Shown: one piece after another, positions 1 through 13,557 of the stretch
How positions within the stretch are numbered: position 1 is the first letter of the stretch
How the letters are laid out: every line of letters starts with the position of its first letter
NCBI GenBank assembly: GCA_964234715.1
Contig: OZ174276.1
Direction: 5' to 3' (one strand)
Length of the DNA: 64,000 nt
Source: Podarcis melisellensis
Taxonomy: Eukaryota
Position numbers and translations under genes: made by a program
Notes under the pieces: generated by a model
Seen by the model: only the letters and a program-made list of their open reading frames with translations
Told to the model about the DNA's origin: nothing
Databases searched by the model: none

Positions 1-305
1 AACTGAGGAACCACCTGAAACCATTGGCTGGAAATAAGTGGAGATGCACAGTGTCCCACAACCTCCTTGCAGTTCTTTGCAAGTCCTCTTTCCTTTGTTT
101 TGCTCTCTATATTTCTGTGTCTTAACGTGGCTAGGAGTTCAGCATTCTAGGAGGAAACACTTGATGCTTCAATATACTTAAAGCATAACATTCTGAACAC
201 TCTCTTGGTATATCAGTTTCGCAGAGTTGTTATATGGAGGAGGGGCAAAACTGACTCCATTCAGATTCTAATAAAGGGAGCAACCTGATCAGTGATCCTC
301 TAAAT

Positions 306-540
306 CAGGGGTCAGCAACCTTTTTCAGCCGTGGGCCAGTCCACTGTCCCTCAGACCATGTGGTGGGCCGGACTATATTTTTTTTTGGGGGGGAGTGAAC
401 AAATTCCTATGCCCCACAAATAACCCATAGATGCATTTTAAATGAAAGCACACATTCTACTGATGTAAAAACACGCTGATTCTCGCACTATCCGCAGGCT
501 GGATTGAGAAGGCGACTGGGCTGCAGGTTGCCTACCCCTG
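306..540. mobile_element. Non-autonomous hAT (Charlie-like) MITE
   Basis: Terminal inverted repeats (TIRs) CAGGGGTCAGCAACCT / AGGTTGCCTACCCCTG; perfect 8-bp TSD CTCTAAAT at 298-305 and 541-548. Confidence 0.9.
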
Positions 541-1089
541 CTCTAAATAGAATCAGAACAGTCTGTTAGCTCTCTCCCTCTGTTCAAAGGACTACATAAT
601 TGGTTTGATCTCAGTTTAAGTATCAGAGTGTTCTATCTGATTCAGGTTAGTTACTAAAGCTTTGCATCAATAATCAGGATGCTGCTATTTTAACAACCAC
701 TTTTCAAGGAGGGGAAAAAATCCATTCGTTTGTGTTCACATCTACATAACAGAGAGTAACATGTGGCAGGAACAAATAGGGGAAAGAACAGAAGGGGCAA
801 CATTCATCTGTTTTGCTCTCCAGCAGAGGAGAACTATTAGTATTTCAAACTGCAGGCCATAAGAAGACTATTGTCTACACTACAGTCTTGCTTGAAGAAA
901 TTGCATGTGTTTGAGAATCTCACAATAGCAAAGCAAATACTGTTTTCTAACTGTTTTCAAAAAAACTACATGAATTTGATTGCAAACAAGAGGGGTGTTT
1001 AAAGCTGACCACAGATATCAGCCCCACCAACACACGAGCATGATAATCCTTTTACTGTATGGGTTTCCACTAGTGGAACTAGGTAGTTG

Positions 1090-1285
1090 AAGGCCCTCCT
1101 ATCAGATGTCAAGGAAATAAACTATGTGACTTTTAGGAGACATCTAAAAGGCAACCCTGTATAGAAAAGTGTTTAATGTTTGATGTTTTATTGTGTTTAC
1201 GTATGTGCTAGAAGCCGTCCAGAGTGGCTGGGGCAACCAAGTCAGATCGGTGGGGTACAAATAATAAAATAATAGCAATAACAAT
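1090..1285 (+). mobile_element. L2-type LINE 3' end fragment
   Basis: Homologous in reverse complement to the copy at ~9100-9325 (CAGATGTCAAGGAAATAAAC...CCAGAGTGGCTGGGG); ends in an (AAT)-rich tail. Confidence 0.65.
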
Positions 1286-2119
1286 CAGTATCTGAAGGGC
1301 CAGAAGTTTTACATCTCCATCCTAGGATTTAATTAGTTCTCATGGGCTTCACATATTTGGTACAATATCCAGCATGACTCTTAGTTTCATATAAATACAA
1401 CGCAGTTTTTTTACATGAACAAACAATGCATGATATGAAGGTATTTGTGATTTTCCCTAACGTCATGCTATTTTTGTAGAATACAAGGGAAATTTCACAA
1501 AAGTGCTTGAATATGTATGTTTGCTCTCTTAGCCCAAATTAAGCTCCTGGGTTGTGCTGGTTCGGTTCAACTGAAGCTGTTCAGCTGCTTTATTCAAATT
1601 CCAAACTACAAAACCAGCAGAGTTAAGTTCACAACTAATTTGCTCGTGTAACTTCTAATAGAGTCTCATGATCTGATCCACATTCTGCTGTTGGCTTTGT
1701 CTAATCTACTTTTGATGCAGGAGATTGCCTCTAACAAAAATCAATTTTTACTTACAGAATACTGCCAATACAACTGTGTTTTAAAATGAGTTTTAGAGAT
1801 GTATTTGGTGGTAACAAGTTCATATTCTTTCCCCTTCATCTTAACGTGCCTTTCAACTCCCAGCGTAAGCATCAACATTCTTATGACAAGTGCAATTTCT
1901 AATTGAGCTCTTGCGTGAGCTTTCATCTTGTTAGCTGGAAAAGTTCAATACTTGTGCAATATATTATCAAATCATTTCCTCAATAGTTCCAGGAATGAAA
2001 AAAAAAATCAGAAACGATAGGGATTTGCTTGGTTTATTAAAGTATCTGTGGCTGTTTTTCCACAGAAACGTTTTACGGGGAACTTGTGAAACTAAGTACA
2101 AGAATTCCAAAGCTTTCAA

Positions 2120-2140
2120 ACACACACACACACACACACA

Positions 2141-2177
<37 letters not shown>
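2120..2177. repeat. (CA)n microsatellite
   Basis: Directly visible; one CAGA interruption. Confidence 0.98.
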
Positions 2178-2178
<1 letters not shown>

Positions 2179-2299
2179 TGCCTCATTTTGTATGCTCATA
2201 ATCCATTTCCCAGGCTTTGATTTTTAAAAGAGGTATTTGCTTTTTCAACAGAACCCAGAAAAGAGACAATAAACTAAGTTCAAATTCATGTTGATCATC

Positions 2300-2710
2300 T
2301 GAAGAGGCCCTCCTAGTGGTTCCATGTGCTGCTAAAATCAGTCTTGCAGCTCACACAGAGTAAGATCTTTAATGTTGTGGTATCTGCCATGTGGAACACT
2401 CTCCCCTTAGAAATGAGGCATGCACTGACCACTTTATGTTTTCAGTGTATGCTAGAAACTGTTTGTTTCCCCCAAGCATTTCCAAAGTAGTAATATTGAT
2501 CATATATGTCCTTGATCTCTGTGAAGGTGCACAATTGTATTTTATGCTGTTTCTATATTGTGTTATTATGGGTTGTTAGCATTTTATTCTTTTATACACT
2601 GCTTGATTGTAGAAAAACCTTGGAGCTGTGTATAAGTAATAGTAGTTTATTACTTTGTTGTTTGCTGTACTGAGCTCCTTTGGTAGGAAGGGCAGGATAG
2701 ACATTTCAAA
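2300..2710 (+). mobile_element. Degraded L2-type LINE 3' end
   Basis: Resembles the end of L2 ORF2 (TGTGGAACACTCTCCCCTTAGAAATGAGG), then a T-rich 3' UTR and a GAGCTCCTTTGG...GGGCAGGATA terminus. Confidence 0.5.
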
Positions 2711-3998
2711 AAATTGGCTACCGAAAAAACCCTCAGACTCAACGTATCACTTCTCAAAGCTTGACCTATTTTGAGTTTCACAGGCAGAAGCTCCCAAGCT
2801 TCCCAAATCTAGAGCTATGCTTTAACTACATTGTGGTGGTCCCCAATCCATTCTCATGAACTGCTGGGATTCTGAACTGTAAGATGTGTCATTAGTTTTA
2901 GAGGTCCTCCAAAGGTTTGTTTTATTAAAAGACACCCCCCCCCCCGTTTCCTTTTTTTATAGCTGCCCGGCAAACTCAGTCTTGATTATCTCTTCCAGGG
3001 CTTTGCCATGAATGCAATTACGCTAACATCTGTTCAATATTTGATGAGTAGCATCCGAAGTTAGCCACAAGGGTCAAAACGGTGTGGTGCTGGGAAGATG
3101 GTGTTCAGCTGCAAATGTTACTTACTCTCTCCCCCTTAGTTTAAATTACGTTAAATGAAATATTCAACAGCAGCTTTGAAAGATCATCCCCCCCGAGATT
3201 TCAAATTTCACATGGAACCTGGAGGAAGAGAAAAAATTCAGCAATTGATTTATATTTCTGCTGTCCACTTCTTGCTCTGATACTCTTGTTCTTCTTATCA
3301 CTTCAGTGAATCATGCCGTGCTGGTAAGAAACAGACTCCAATTAATTGCTTCCTAAGCAGCAGAAGTCATGCGACTTTGCTGCCTTTAGTGTTTCATGCA
3401 GATGGTGTACAATGCTCTGCTTCTATAAATTAATTTTGCAGAGGGCAGCCAGAACATAAAACCACCATACATTTGTGGTCCTTTGAAGGCCACGAAACCA
3501 GAAGGGAGATTTGAGTTATTTTTCAGGAGATACAAAAAAGTTTCAGGGATACTTATTTTGTCTGCCACTGTTGACAAAGTAAGTGTCCCTGAAATGTTTT
3601 GTACCAGTTGAAAAGTAGCTCAGGTGTTGCTTTTTAAAGCATTCCCCCCTTAACTTGGTTTAGGTAAGATAAACCAAACTCTTCACACAACACACACACA
3701 TCCCACTTTGCAATATTTATTTCCACCTGACCCCACCCATGAGCATTTCCCTGTCCCCTTTTGGTTCCCTGAAAACGAGAAGTGAAATCTGGCATGATTC
3801 CAGATACCACTATGTGTACATCCCCTTTAACTCATTCAATGTGAGAGTGCCATGAGCACTGCTGGGGTGGAGGGGATGTACTGATACTGGCTGTGAGGAG
3901 GAAACAGTCAGCAGGAGGCCTCACCAGCAATAAATCAGGTCAGGCTGGAGGGCACACTGCCCCTCTCAATGTGCAGAGATAAAGCAGAAATGGCGAGG

Positions 3999-4689
3999 CC
4001 ATTATGAAAACGATGTACCGGTGGTATTTGACTCCAAGTAAGTTAGCAAAAATGCAAATATCTGCTGGAAATGTAAAGAAAAAGAAGGTACCTTTTACCA
4101 TATGTGGTGGACGTGTAAGTTATAAAAGCACTTTGGGAAATGATATATAATGAATTGGAAGAAATGATTAAAATAACTTTTGTAAAAAACAAAACAAAAA
4201 CAAAACCCCAGAAGCTTTCTTCTTAGATACCGACATTCCAAAGGAACACAAAATACTTTCTATGTACACTACAACAGAGCTGTGGATGTTACTAGCCCAG
4301 AGATGGAAAGAAGATGAAGTCCCTACCAGAGAGGAATGGCAAATCAGAGCTGTTGGACTATGCCAAAATGGCAAAACTGACCGGAAGGCTCAGGAACCAA
4401 GAAGAATTTGGGGGGGGGGTGTTATAATTTATCTAGGAGACCAGTGTAAACAGATGAAAACACTAGCAGGATTTTAATAACACTTGTAGTGAAAATCATG
4501 GACAAGATGGAAAGATACAAAATATGAATTGTGGAAAAAATATGCAGCTAAGAGGGTGTCCAATAGGACCCATGGAGGGGAAGGTGGGAAGTCCAGCGAT
4601 CTGGAGAAATCTCTAAATATGGGTATGTAATTTGGATTGTTATAAACTACTATTTGTAAAACCAAATAAAAATTATTATATATAAAAAG
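3999..4689 (+). mobile_element. 5'-truncated L1-clade LINE (ORF2 C-terminus plus 3' UTR), degenerate
   Basis: Encodes MYRWYLTPSKLAKM...CWKCKEKEGTFYHMWWTC (Cys/His knuckle typical of non-mammalian L1 ORF2) and AQRWKEDEVPTREEW; AATAAA and A-rich tail; 13-bp TSD AGAAATGGCGAGG (3986-3998) / AGAAATGGTGAGG (4690-4702). Confidence 0.85.
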
Positions 4690-4775
4690 AGAAATGGTGA
4701 GGGGATGGCATGAGCTTCATGAGGAATCAGAAAGAGGAAAGCTGGGAGATGCAGGAGAGGAGAGGGAAGGAGAAC

Positions 4776-4951
4776 ACAGAAACATAGGAAGCTGTCATAC
4801 CATTGATCCATCTAGCTCAACATTGTCTACACTGATTGGCAGAAGCTCTCCAGCCATTTCAGGCATTAGTCTCTCTCAGACTTATCTGGAGATGCCAGGA
4901 ATTGAACCTGGTACCTTCTGCTTACAAGGCAGATGCTCTACCACTGAACTA
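4776..4951 (-). mobile_element. tRNA(Ala)-like-headed SINE with CR1-type tail
   Basis: Minus strand reads TAGTTCAGTGGTAGAGCATCTG...GGTTCAATTCCTGGCATCTCCA (Pol III A and B boxes) and ends CAGCTTCCTATGTT; related copies at 25146 and 42567. Confidence 0.75.
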
Positions 4952-6979
4952 GAAGGATGGAAATTGTTGGGAAGCATTCCATCCCACTTGCTGTCAGGGA
5001 CTGGGCAGAGGAGGAGGAGGAATGGTGAAGGCCACCTCCCCATCCTGACCCTTCTAGGGAGGGGGAAGAGGAAGACAGCATAGATTTACACCAGGGGTTT
5101 GTGGGAGGTCACAGCTCAGAGGCAGATGAGGTGGGAAGTTGGGAAATAATGGAAGAACCAGAGCAACAGCTGGTCTACATGTTGTGATTAGAAAGCATTC
5201 CAGACCCACCATCTCCCAGAACCTGATGAGCCTTAAAAGTAGGAGAGCAAAGAGCTTGAAGACAGAGGTGGTGATAAAGATGACGAATGAGAAAGTGGGA
5301 GAGATTCACTCGGGACAACGCCATTATCCAAGCGGTAAGAACAAGCATTGTGAAGGACTCAAATAATGAAAAGGGAGTGAGCGCTCATAACAACAACCCA
5401 ATCTAATATATCCTGGACAAGAAATGCATTGTTGCTCAGATGATCTTCCATATATGGACAAAGTAAACATAGCATTGAAGATGTGGATAGCCAGCATGGT
5501 CCCTGTTCCCCTCCATATATGCAGTGAACATGTGGGGCACTTTGCTTGCATGGCCCGGTTCCAAAACACCTACTTGCTATAGCCTTGCAGGTTCCATTCA
5601 AGTGAATGTATCTGGCTATGCTTTTGCAGCAGAAACGTTGTATTTCTCTTCTGATTAGCTCACATGCAAGGTGTTTTTAGAGAAGGCCACTGCCAATTTA
5701 TTTCACAGCAACCGTAAGGACAATTTGGGATCTTCCATTTCAAACAAGAGCTTTGATTGCTTCGCTTACCAATTTTACCTCCTTTCATAAACAGCTGCAG
5801 AGGTGAATCAACCTGCTCTTCAATGCATATAACAACTACATATTTCAGTCCTAATTATTCAGAGAGAGAGAAAACAGAACCATACCATGTTACTTTCAGC
5901 AAGGAATGGCATAATCAATCAATGGCTGATTGACAGTGCTTTTGGTTAAATTAGAATTGCACCTACAATACAAATGATTCTGGCTCATTTTGCCTGTAAA
6001 TTACTGCATGCATTTATTCTCTCTGTCTCTTTGTGTTCCTGCAAGTGTTCCATTGAAATGAAGGTCATGTTTGGCCAAAACAAGAGCTTTTATGTGCCAC
6101 TGGAAAAAGTTCTAGTTTTGTTTTGTTTTTTAAGTATCTAAATTAACTGTAAAGATAGAACCACACATGTTATTTTTCCTTGGGGAAAGTGGCTTGGGGT
6201 GGAGTAGGACGGGAAGTTTTGGAAGTAGTATTTATTTATTTGAGTTCCTCGAGATTGAATAACATCATTAAATTTTAAATACAAAGCCAACACTCAAACA
6301 CAGAAAGTCCGTTTTGGGGAAATCCATATTGTGCAGCTGAGCATATTCATATTTAGGTAATTGAGATGTAGTATAACTCAGGAAGTCCATATATCTTTTT
6401 GGAGGGCGGGTAGGGAGTCCTGTAAGTCACTGGCTGAAACATAAAGTATGAAGTCCATCCAGATTGCATAAAAATGTTCCACTGGTTCTTTACCTTTCAT
6501 GACTTGGAGGTTGTGAGTCATTATTTATTTATTTATTGTGATTGCTATGTTACAAACCTGTTAATACTATAATTCGATAGATAAGTCTTGCAGGTTCTTC
6601 CATTTATGTGGTATAGATTATCTGGCAGCTACCAAGAAGGATGTTTTTTTTAAGGAAAGGGCTCTTAGCAGTATGCCGTACTGGTTTTTTTCCCTTTCTA
6701 TTTGCATTCTAGTAGATTTTCTCCCCACATTGCCTTAATTCCATAGATCGCTTAGTTGCTTTTTAACAATAACCTTTGGGGTGTTTTATCTATCTCTATT
6801 TGTTTTTAATTTTTGTGATCCACCTTGAGTCCCAAGTCGGGGGGAAAGGCAGGATATAAATAAATAAAAGAGTAGCACTTCCCCACCTTTCTCCTCTATG
6901 GAGTATTTGACCTTTGACCCTGCCTCCTGGCCCAAGAGGAGGAGGAGGAGGATTGATTACATTTGTATACTGCCCTATA

Positions 6980-7221
6980 CAGTGGTACCTCGGGTTACAT
7001 ACGCTTCAGGTTAGATATGCTTCAGGTTACAGACTCCACTAACCTAGAAATAGTACTTCGGGTTAAGAACTTTGCTTCAGGATGAGAACAGAAATCGTGC
7101 TCTGGCGGTGCGGCGGCAGCAGGAGGCCCCATTAGCTAAAGTGGTGCTTCAGGTTAAGAACAGTTTCAGGTTAAGAACGGACCTCTGGAACGAATTAAGT
7201 ACTTAACCCGAGGTACTACTG
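6980..7221 (+). mobile_element. Tc1/mariner-superfamily MITE (CAGTGGTACCTC family), nested in an older L2-tail fragment
   Basis: TIRs CAGTGGTACCTCGGGTTA / TAACCCGAGGTACTACTG, TA TSD; four further copies in the window. Confidence 0.92.
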
Positions 7222-8552
7222 TACCCATAGATCTCAGGGCGGTTCACAACATAAAATCACATTTTAAAAAAGAGAGAACTATTGACCCTTAGCTACCTGG
7301 CTTCCAACAGGGATGGATTAAAGAAAGGACCTCATGGTAAAACCAGCTTTCAGGTTGTAAATATTGCATTCTATGTGCTCAATGGTGGTTGCTGGCTTGG
7401 GACAGCACAGGTTACCTGCCAAACATGCTCTGTACCATCAGCTCCGCCACTGCCCATCACCTGTTTAGGATGTGCGTAGGAAAGCTGCGTAGCACCTCCC
7501 TCGCAATCAACTAATGGTTAGCACTGGCAAAGCTGACAGCATTGGCCATCTGTTCGCCAGGAAATTCTTCATGTGCTCTGCCCAAAGAGGAGGGCCTCCC
7601 TCTTCCAGGGAACGGAATTCAGCTTCCATATCATAGTAACATGGCCTCTATACTTCACGATCAGAACATCTCAGGTTCTGGCATTTACAGAACACTGAGA
7701 AATTAAATGGCCAAAGAATGACTACATCTTTGTCAGTGTTACATTATTCATTATAGAAATGTTGTCGGTGTTAATTGACATCTACGAGGCAAACAGTTTG
7801 TTGCCTCTGGGCAGTAATGAGAAACATGTGCTGCCTTTGAGTCATCCCCAATCTTTACACCAAGCAAATGTAATCTTGGCAACAATGGTGCATTTTCCCC
7901 CCTCTCTTTTTTAATCAGCAGCTTCAGCGGGGATGATTTAGCTAAAACAAAGGTTTTCCCTCAGTATAATATATCCAGTTGTAGAAGGTACCACATTAGG
8001 TTATAGTAATAAACCTCAGTAGATCCAGAGCAAATTAATTGCACCTAGGGGTGTTGAAATCTAAAAATAAAAGCCAAGTATAGCTATTTAATTCTCTCTC
8101 ATCTATTGAGCAAATCAACTAAATATGACACAGATGGTGATTCATTAGCAGCCAAAACAATTCCCCCACTCCAACTGCATCTTTAATTATTTTACTAATG
8201 GAGAAAGCCATTTTTCTCTTAGTGCCTTATGTATGGGGCATTTCTAAGCATAAATGAGTTAGATCTTTTGTTGCATTCCATTTAAAACAAAATTGGGGTG
8301 TGAAGACATGGGGCATGCATCCTTCTGTCTCCAATTTTCCCTTCCAGGGATAGTTCTGAGCAACTGGTTGCCCAGTGGCTTTAGAGACATATGGATACCA
8401 TCAACCATGGAAGGAGATTGCTGCTGACTCAGGAATGGTTCACACCTGCATAATGATCATTGGATAATCACTTCGCCATTAAGTGAGGACTTAAATCAGT
8501 GAATGAGACATTATAGTTCTAATGGCACTGGCGGGAATGTAAAATAACCTTA

Positions 8553-8916
8553 AAGGTAAAGGTAAAGGTACCCCTGCCCGTACGGGCCAGTCTTGACAGA
8601 CTCTGGGGTTATGCGCCCATCTCACTTAAGAGGCCAGGGGCCAGCGCTGTCCGGAGACACTTCCGGGTCACGTGGCCAGTGTGACAAAGCTGCATCTGGC
8701 GAGCCAGAGCCGCACACGGAAACGCCGTTTACCTTCCCGCTGGTAAGCGGTCCCTATTTATCTACTTGCACCCGGAGGTGCTTTCGAACTGCTAGGTTGG
8801 CAGGCGCTGGGACCGAGCAGCGGGAGCGCACCCCGCAGCAGGGATTCGAACCGCCGACCTTTCGATCAGCAAGTCCTAGGCGCTGAGGCTTTAACCCACA
8901 GCGCCACCTGCGTCCC
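8553..8916 (-). mobile_element. Sauria SINE, full length
   Basis: Minus-strand head GGGACGCAGGTGGCGC, B box GGTTCGAATCC, (ACCTTT)n tail; 12-bp TSD AAAATAACCTTA at 8541-8552 and 8917-8928. Confidence 0.93.
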
Positions 8917-9029
8917 AAAATAACCTTACGTCAGCTCAAATGCAATACTTTTCAGTGGAACAGTTCGCATATTTAGATGGCAAGTGTTGCATCACCAGTG
9001 GTGAAAATCCAGTGGTGCACATGAATATG

Positions 9030-9325
9030 AGAATAATAATAATACTAATAATACTAATACTACTACGACGACGACGACTACTACTACTATTAATAATAAT
9101 AATTTAGTACTTATACCCTGCCCATCTGGTTGGGCCTCCCCAGCCACTCTGGGCAGCTTCCAATAGGATATTAAAAACACAATAAAACATCAAACATTAA
9201 AAACTTCCCTAAACAGGGCTGCCTTCAGATGTCTTCTAAAAATCAGATAGTTGTTTATTTCCTTGACATCTGGTGGGAGGGCATTCCACAGGGCAGGCAC
9301 CACTACTGAGTAGGTCCTTTGCCTG
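9030..9325 (-). mobile_element. L2-type LINE 3' end with compound (AAT/ACT/ACG)n tail
   Basis: Homologous to 1090-1285; tail expanded into a compound trinucleotide microsatellite at ~9030-9100. Confidence 0.7.
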
Positions 9326-10664
9326 CGATCTAGACCTCAGATACAGAACCAAACTGCATAGCTGTTGTGGCTTCTAAAAACTTTGAAATTATCATCATGT
9401 GGAACTTGTTTAGGTTGCTCGTTTGCATTTCTTTTATACCAAGCATCACTTCTTATTGGAGAGCATCATCTGGAGAATTACCCTGGGAGTGTATTGAACT
9501 CATTTTTGCTTGAGTTTCATTTTTGGGAGCTTTGCTTTCATAGTCATGAAAATCGGGTGGGTACGGTAGATTGACAAGCACTATGAACATAAGCAGAAAG
9601 TCACAGCTGGATGCTGCTTTTGATATTTTCCCTTTCTGCTCATTACAGCACCTCACAGCTATTCTGTCCATATCACTCACCTGTAATCCATCCTGGAACA
9701 CTCCGTTAAAAGGAAATAAGCAACTATTCCCAAGAGGAATAAACATTTATATGAATGTCACTCAAACATATCAGTTTACATTTCTATGGTCACACAGTCC
9801 ATTGAAAAATACAGGACTCGTCAGAGATATAAATCACTTGATCAAGCTTACTGCCTTGTTTGGAATAATCATAGGTTTCTACCTGAAGGACGAAAGTAAT
9901 GAGATGTAAATTTCTTTACATATTCATATTTTGTGATCCATGTTACTTCATTGCTCAGAGTAGGCAATTAATATTATGAACATTTTTTTAAAAAATGATG
10001 CTTCTTTCGCTTCAGTCCAATACTTTATCAACTGGACTCCAATGACATTTGTTTTGACTTTAGTCTACAGCACTAGGTGTTCTCTTCTTTTTCTAAGAAT
10101 GTCATCACTAGATTGATGCAGATTTTCAGTTACTGAACTTACCACAGCAGATAAGACATTGTGAGCCGGAATCTGACATTTATGCCAGTTAATAACAGCT
10201 AATAACTGAAGAAGTAATGATGAAGAATTCACTCCTATTTATTTTTCTTTCTTTTTTTACATCCATCTCCATGTTTCTGAATTATTTGTAAGAGATTTGT
10301 AGTATTCCTAGGATACGCAAGGAAAAACAAGAAATACAATGCCATCAGTGTACATTTTGTATCCTGACTGCATGTTACTTCTGATTTCATTGAGGAGGTT
10401 TCAACTTACACACAATGGAATTTTCACAAATCTCACTGGTTCTTTAGACCCCGGTTGTTAATCTGAGTTTATACACAAACCCCAGTGGATAACCCTGAAC
10501 CAGAACTACGTAATAAGGCAGATAAGACTTGTGGCTGTCAATACACACTAGTAAAATGTGCAGTGTACTCCTAGGTGTGAATGAGCCCTCAAGATATTAA
10601 CTGAAACAAATTAAACAGCCATCTGTGCCACATGATGAGGTTCATCTCCTTCAAACAGGCAAGA

Positions 10665-10814
10665 TTTTCTCTTCCTTATCATTGGAGGTTTTTAAGCACA
10701 GGTTGGATGGCCATGTGTCATAGATGCTAGAGTTGAGATTCCTGCATTGCGGCAGGTTGGACTAGATGACCCTCAGGGTCTCTTCTAACGCTAACAATTC
10801 TGTGATTCTATGAT
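10665..10814 (+). mobile_element. CR1 LINE 3' end
   Basis: TTGGAGGTTTTTAAG...GGTTGGACTAGATGACCCT...ATTCTGTGATTCTATGAT, the CR1 octamer-type tail. Confidence 0.8.
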
Positions 10815-12002
10815 CATGAATCGAGGTACCAATGTTTCACTCTAGCTGTCACTTCATCTTACATGGACTTATCCAATGCTGTCATCTATTTTGGTTCATC
10901 ATGGCTACACTGAATTCAATGGTTACTGGGGGCTAGCATGACCACATTAACACTCCTTACTTACCTCATTTGGTAAGAGTTACATCAATTGCTCCACCTA
11001 TTTTTGCCTCTGTCCCCACCCACTTTTAACTCTGACCCTACTTAACCACTGACACGTGTCTCCTGGAAGATTGCTTTTGAGAAAAAGTTCTGCTCCTTAT
11101 TCTGAACTATTGTAGCAGGACCACATGGGTCTTCCCTTGCATCTAGTGTTGTGTTGGGCAGTCACTAGTGATGGCACTCTGCTGAACTCACAAGCATAAG
11201 GAAGGATAATATCTAATAAATATAACCTCTCCTAGCATCTATTCACATCCATTTGTGAATGCATGGGAATGAGCAGCTAACACCAAAATCTGAGCCAGGG
11301 CAGGTTGCAGTCAGTCTTGATGGCGTCTTATTTCCTTAGAGTAAATTGATACATTATTCCATACGGAAATCATGATGAGAGCAATTTAGGTTAAAATCCA
11401 GTATTTCTTCTGATTCTTATACAGTTGAGTATAGGCCCATTAACTCTCTCTCTTCCTTCTAGGACAGGGGAGCAAATTAAAACAAGAAAGCAATCAGGGT
11501 ACATCAGTTAAATTAAACTGGGGAGGGAAAATTACATGTTCTAATTAAGATATACAATTGTGGAAGAATATAATTGAATGGATGTGCTAATAAATTAGTT
11601 TTTAGATACCCAAGTTACCTGAACAACTAAACCATTCATTTAACTTGTCACTCCAGTCAAAGCAAAATGCAGGTTGGTTAGGATGGTCTTGAATGGTTAA
11701 TTTGGATACATACAGAAGTATTATAGTAGTGGGAAACAAATTATACAGCTGCCACATAAATAAGGATCTTGATGGAGAAAGCACCAGCAGTCTCCTTACC
11801 TTACACCCCAGCAACCCTTCCCTCTGAAGGCAATACAATATGCAGACCAATTGAATCTCTGGGTTCTAGAGAGAATTGCTATGATGAAAAATTCAATCCA
11901 TGCTTCTTCTTTCCAACAACATCTCTGCAAACCAGGCCTACACCATGTGGGATCCAGCAGCCATATATTGTGAGATGAGTACTCAGCCTATTAAGTCTAT
12001 GA

Positions 12003-12102
12003 CAGTCTTTGGCACCTTGGCACGCTCCAGATATTTTAGCCTATAACTCCCATCAGCCCCATCCAGCAAAACATCTGGAGGGCACCAGGTTGGCAAAGGC
12101 TG
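12003..12102. mobile_element. Degraded palindromic hAT-Charlie (MER5-like) MITE
   Basis: CTCCAGATATTTT...AACTCCCATCAGCCCC...AAAACATCTGGAGGGCACCAGGTTGG; similar to 31887-32022. Confidence 0.55.
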
Positions 12103-13005
12103 GTGCATGAAGTGGACCTGCGTATCACCTTTTCTGCCATGTAGTATCAAGTTTATTACCAAGGTGATCACCTGTAAGGCGAACTACGCTTCCAGGCCAT
12201 GTCCAGATAATAGAGTGGCAAATACAACACAAAGCCAAGCCAGCTCTGCTTGAAGGAATAAAGGATTGTTACAAAAGTGCTATGTCCAGGCAAATTACAG
12301 CTTTATAAATGTCGGTGGTTCAGTTGTGCATGTAAGAGCTGATGGAGCGGGGCAAACAAGAGAGCTATACATGTATGCTTTATGCATTATTTAGAATATT
12401 AAAGCTGATCTGAGCAGCAGAGGTATCAAGGGGATGGTCTAATAGTAATGCAAGCTAGTAAAGGACATTTTCAAAGGCTTTACAAATATTAACCGATCTA
12501 TGAATAGTCAATTACTTACCTAGACAATCAGTCGGTGCAAAAGGTTGGCAATAAAGATGTTACATGGAAGAAGGAAAGTCAAACAGAAGGTAGCTGCTAC
12601 TTAATTGAATATAACTGAAGTGCAATACTGGGAATTTTAAACACTGAAAATGACAGTTGTTTATAAAAGGAATGACACTTGAATGCTGTATTGCCTAAGC
12701 TAGCATGAAAATTCAAGCACCATATTCGGGGGGCAGACCTTGCTATGGACACGCTGACAAAGGAAAGGCAACGATAGGGAACAAGAATTTGGAACAATGT
12801 GAATTGGTAGCCCTCTCCATATGATGGGAGCTGCTTCTGCCTGTTCATTGAGTAGCCACATTTTTATGATCAAATCCAGGTTTAACAAGCCAGGACATGC
12901 ATGAGTGGTGTTGAACCACAAACAGTTCCTTTGCTGCTGCTTCACTCCTCCCTTTGCATGAGTGGTAAAAACAAACTAGGAAGCTGCTAATTGAAGTTGG
13001 CACTT

Positions 13006-13557
13006 TGTTGTTGTTGCTGTTTAGTCGTTTAGTCGTGTCTGACTCTTCGTGACCCCATGGACCAGAGCACGCCAGGCACTCCTGTCTTCCACTGCTTCCT
13101 GCAGTTTGGTCAAACTCATGCTGGTAGCTTCGAGAACACTGTCCAACCATCTCGTCCTCTGCTGTCCCCTTCTCCTTGTGCCCTCCATCTTTCCCAACAT
13201 CAGGGTCTTTTCCAGGGAGTCTTCTCTTCTCATGAGGTGGCCAAAGTATTGGAGTCTCACCTTGTCAACAAAGGTCTGTATAGTTAAAGCCATGGTTTTC
13301 CCAGATGTATGAAAGTGAGAGCTGGACCATAAAGAAGGCTGATCGCCAAATAATTGATGCTTTTGAATTATGGTGCTGGAGGAGACTGCAAGAATGGACT
13401 GCAAGAAGATCAAACCTATTCATTCTTAAGGAAATCAGCCCTGAGTGCTCACTGGAAGGACAGATCGTGAAGCTGAGAGTCCAATACTTTGCCTGGTGTG
13501 CTGGTCCATGGGGTCGCGAAGAGTCGGACATGACTAAATGACTAAACAACAACAACA
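13006..13557. mobile_element. Rearranged Bov-B (RTE) 3' fragment forming a fold-back
   Basis: 13006-~13254 is a minus-strand Bov-B 3' end (LQYFGHLMRREDSLEKTLMLGKMEG); ~13255-13557 is plus-strand Bov-B (YESESWTIKKADRQIIDAFELWCWRR) ending in a second (CAA)n tail. Confidence 0.9.
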
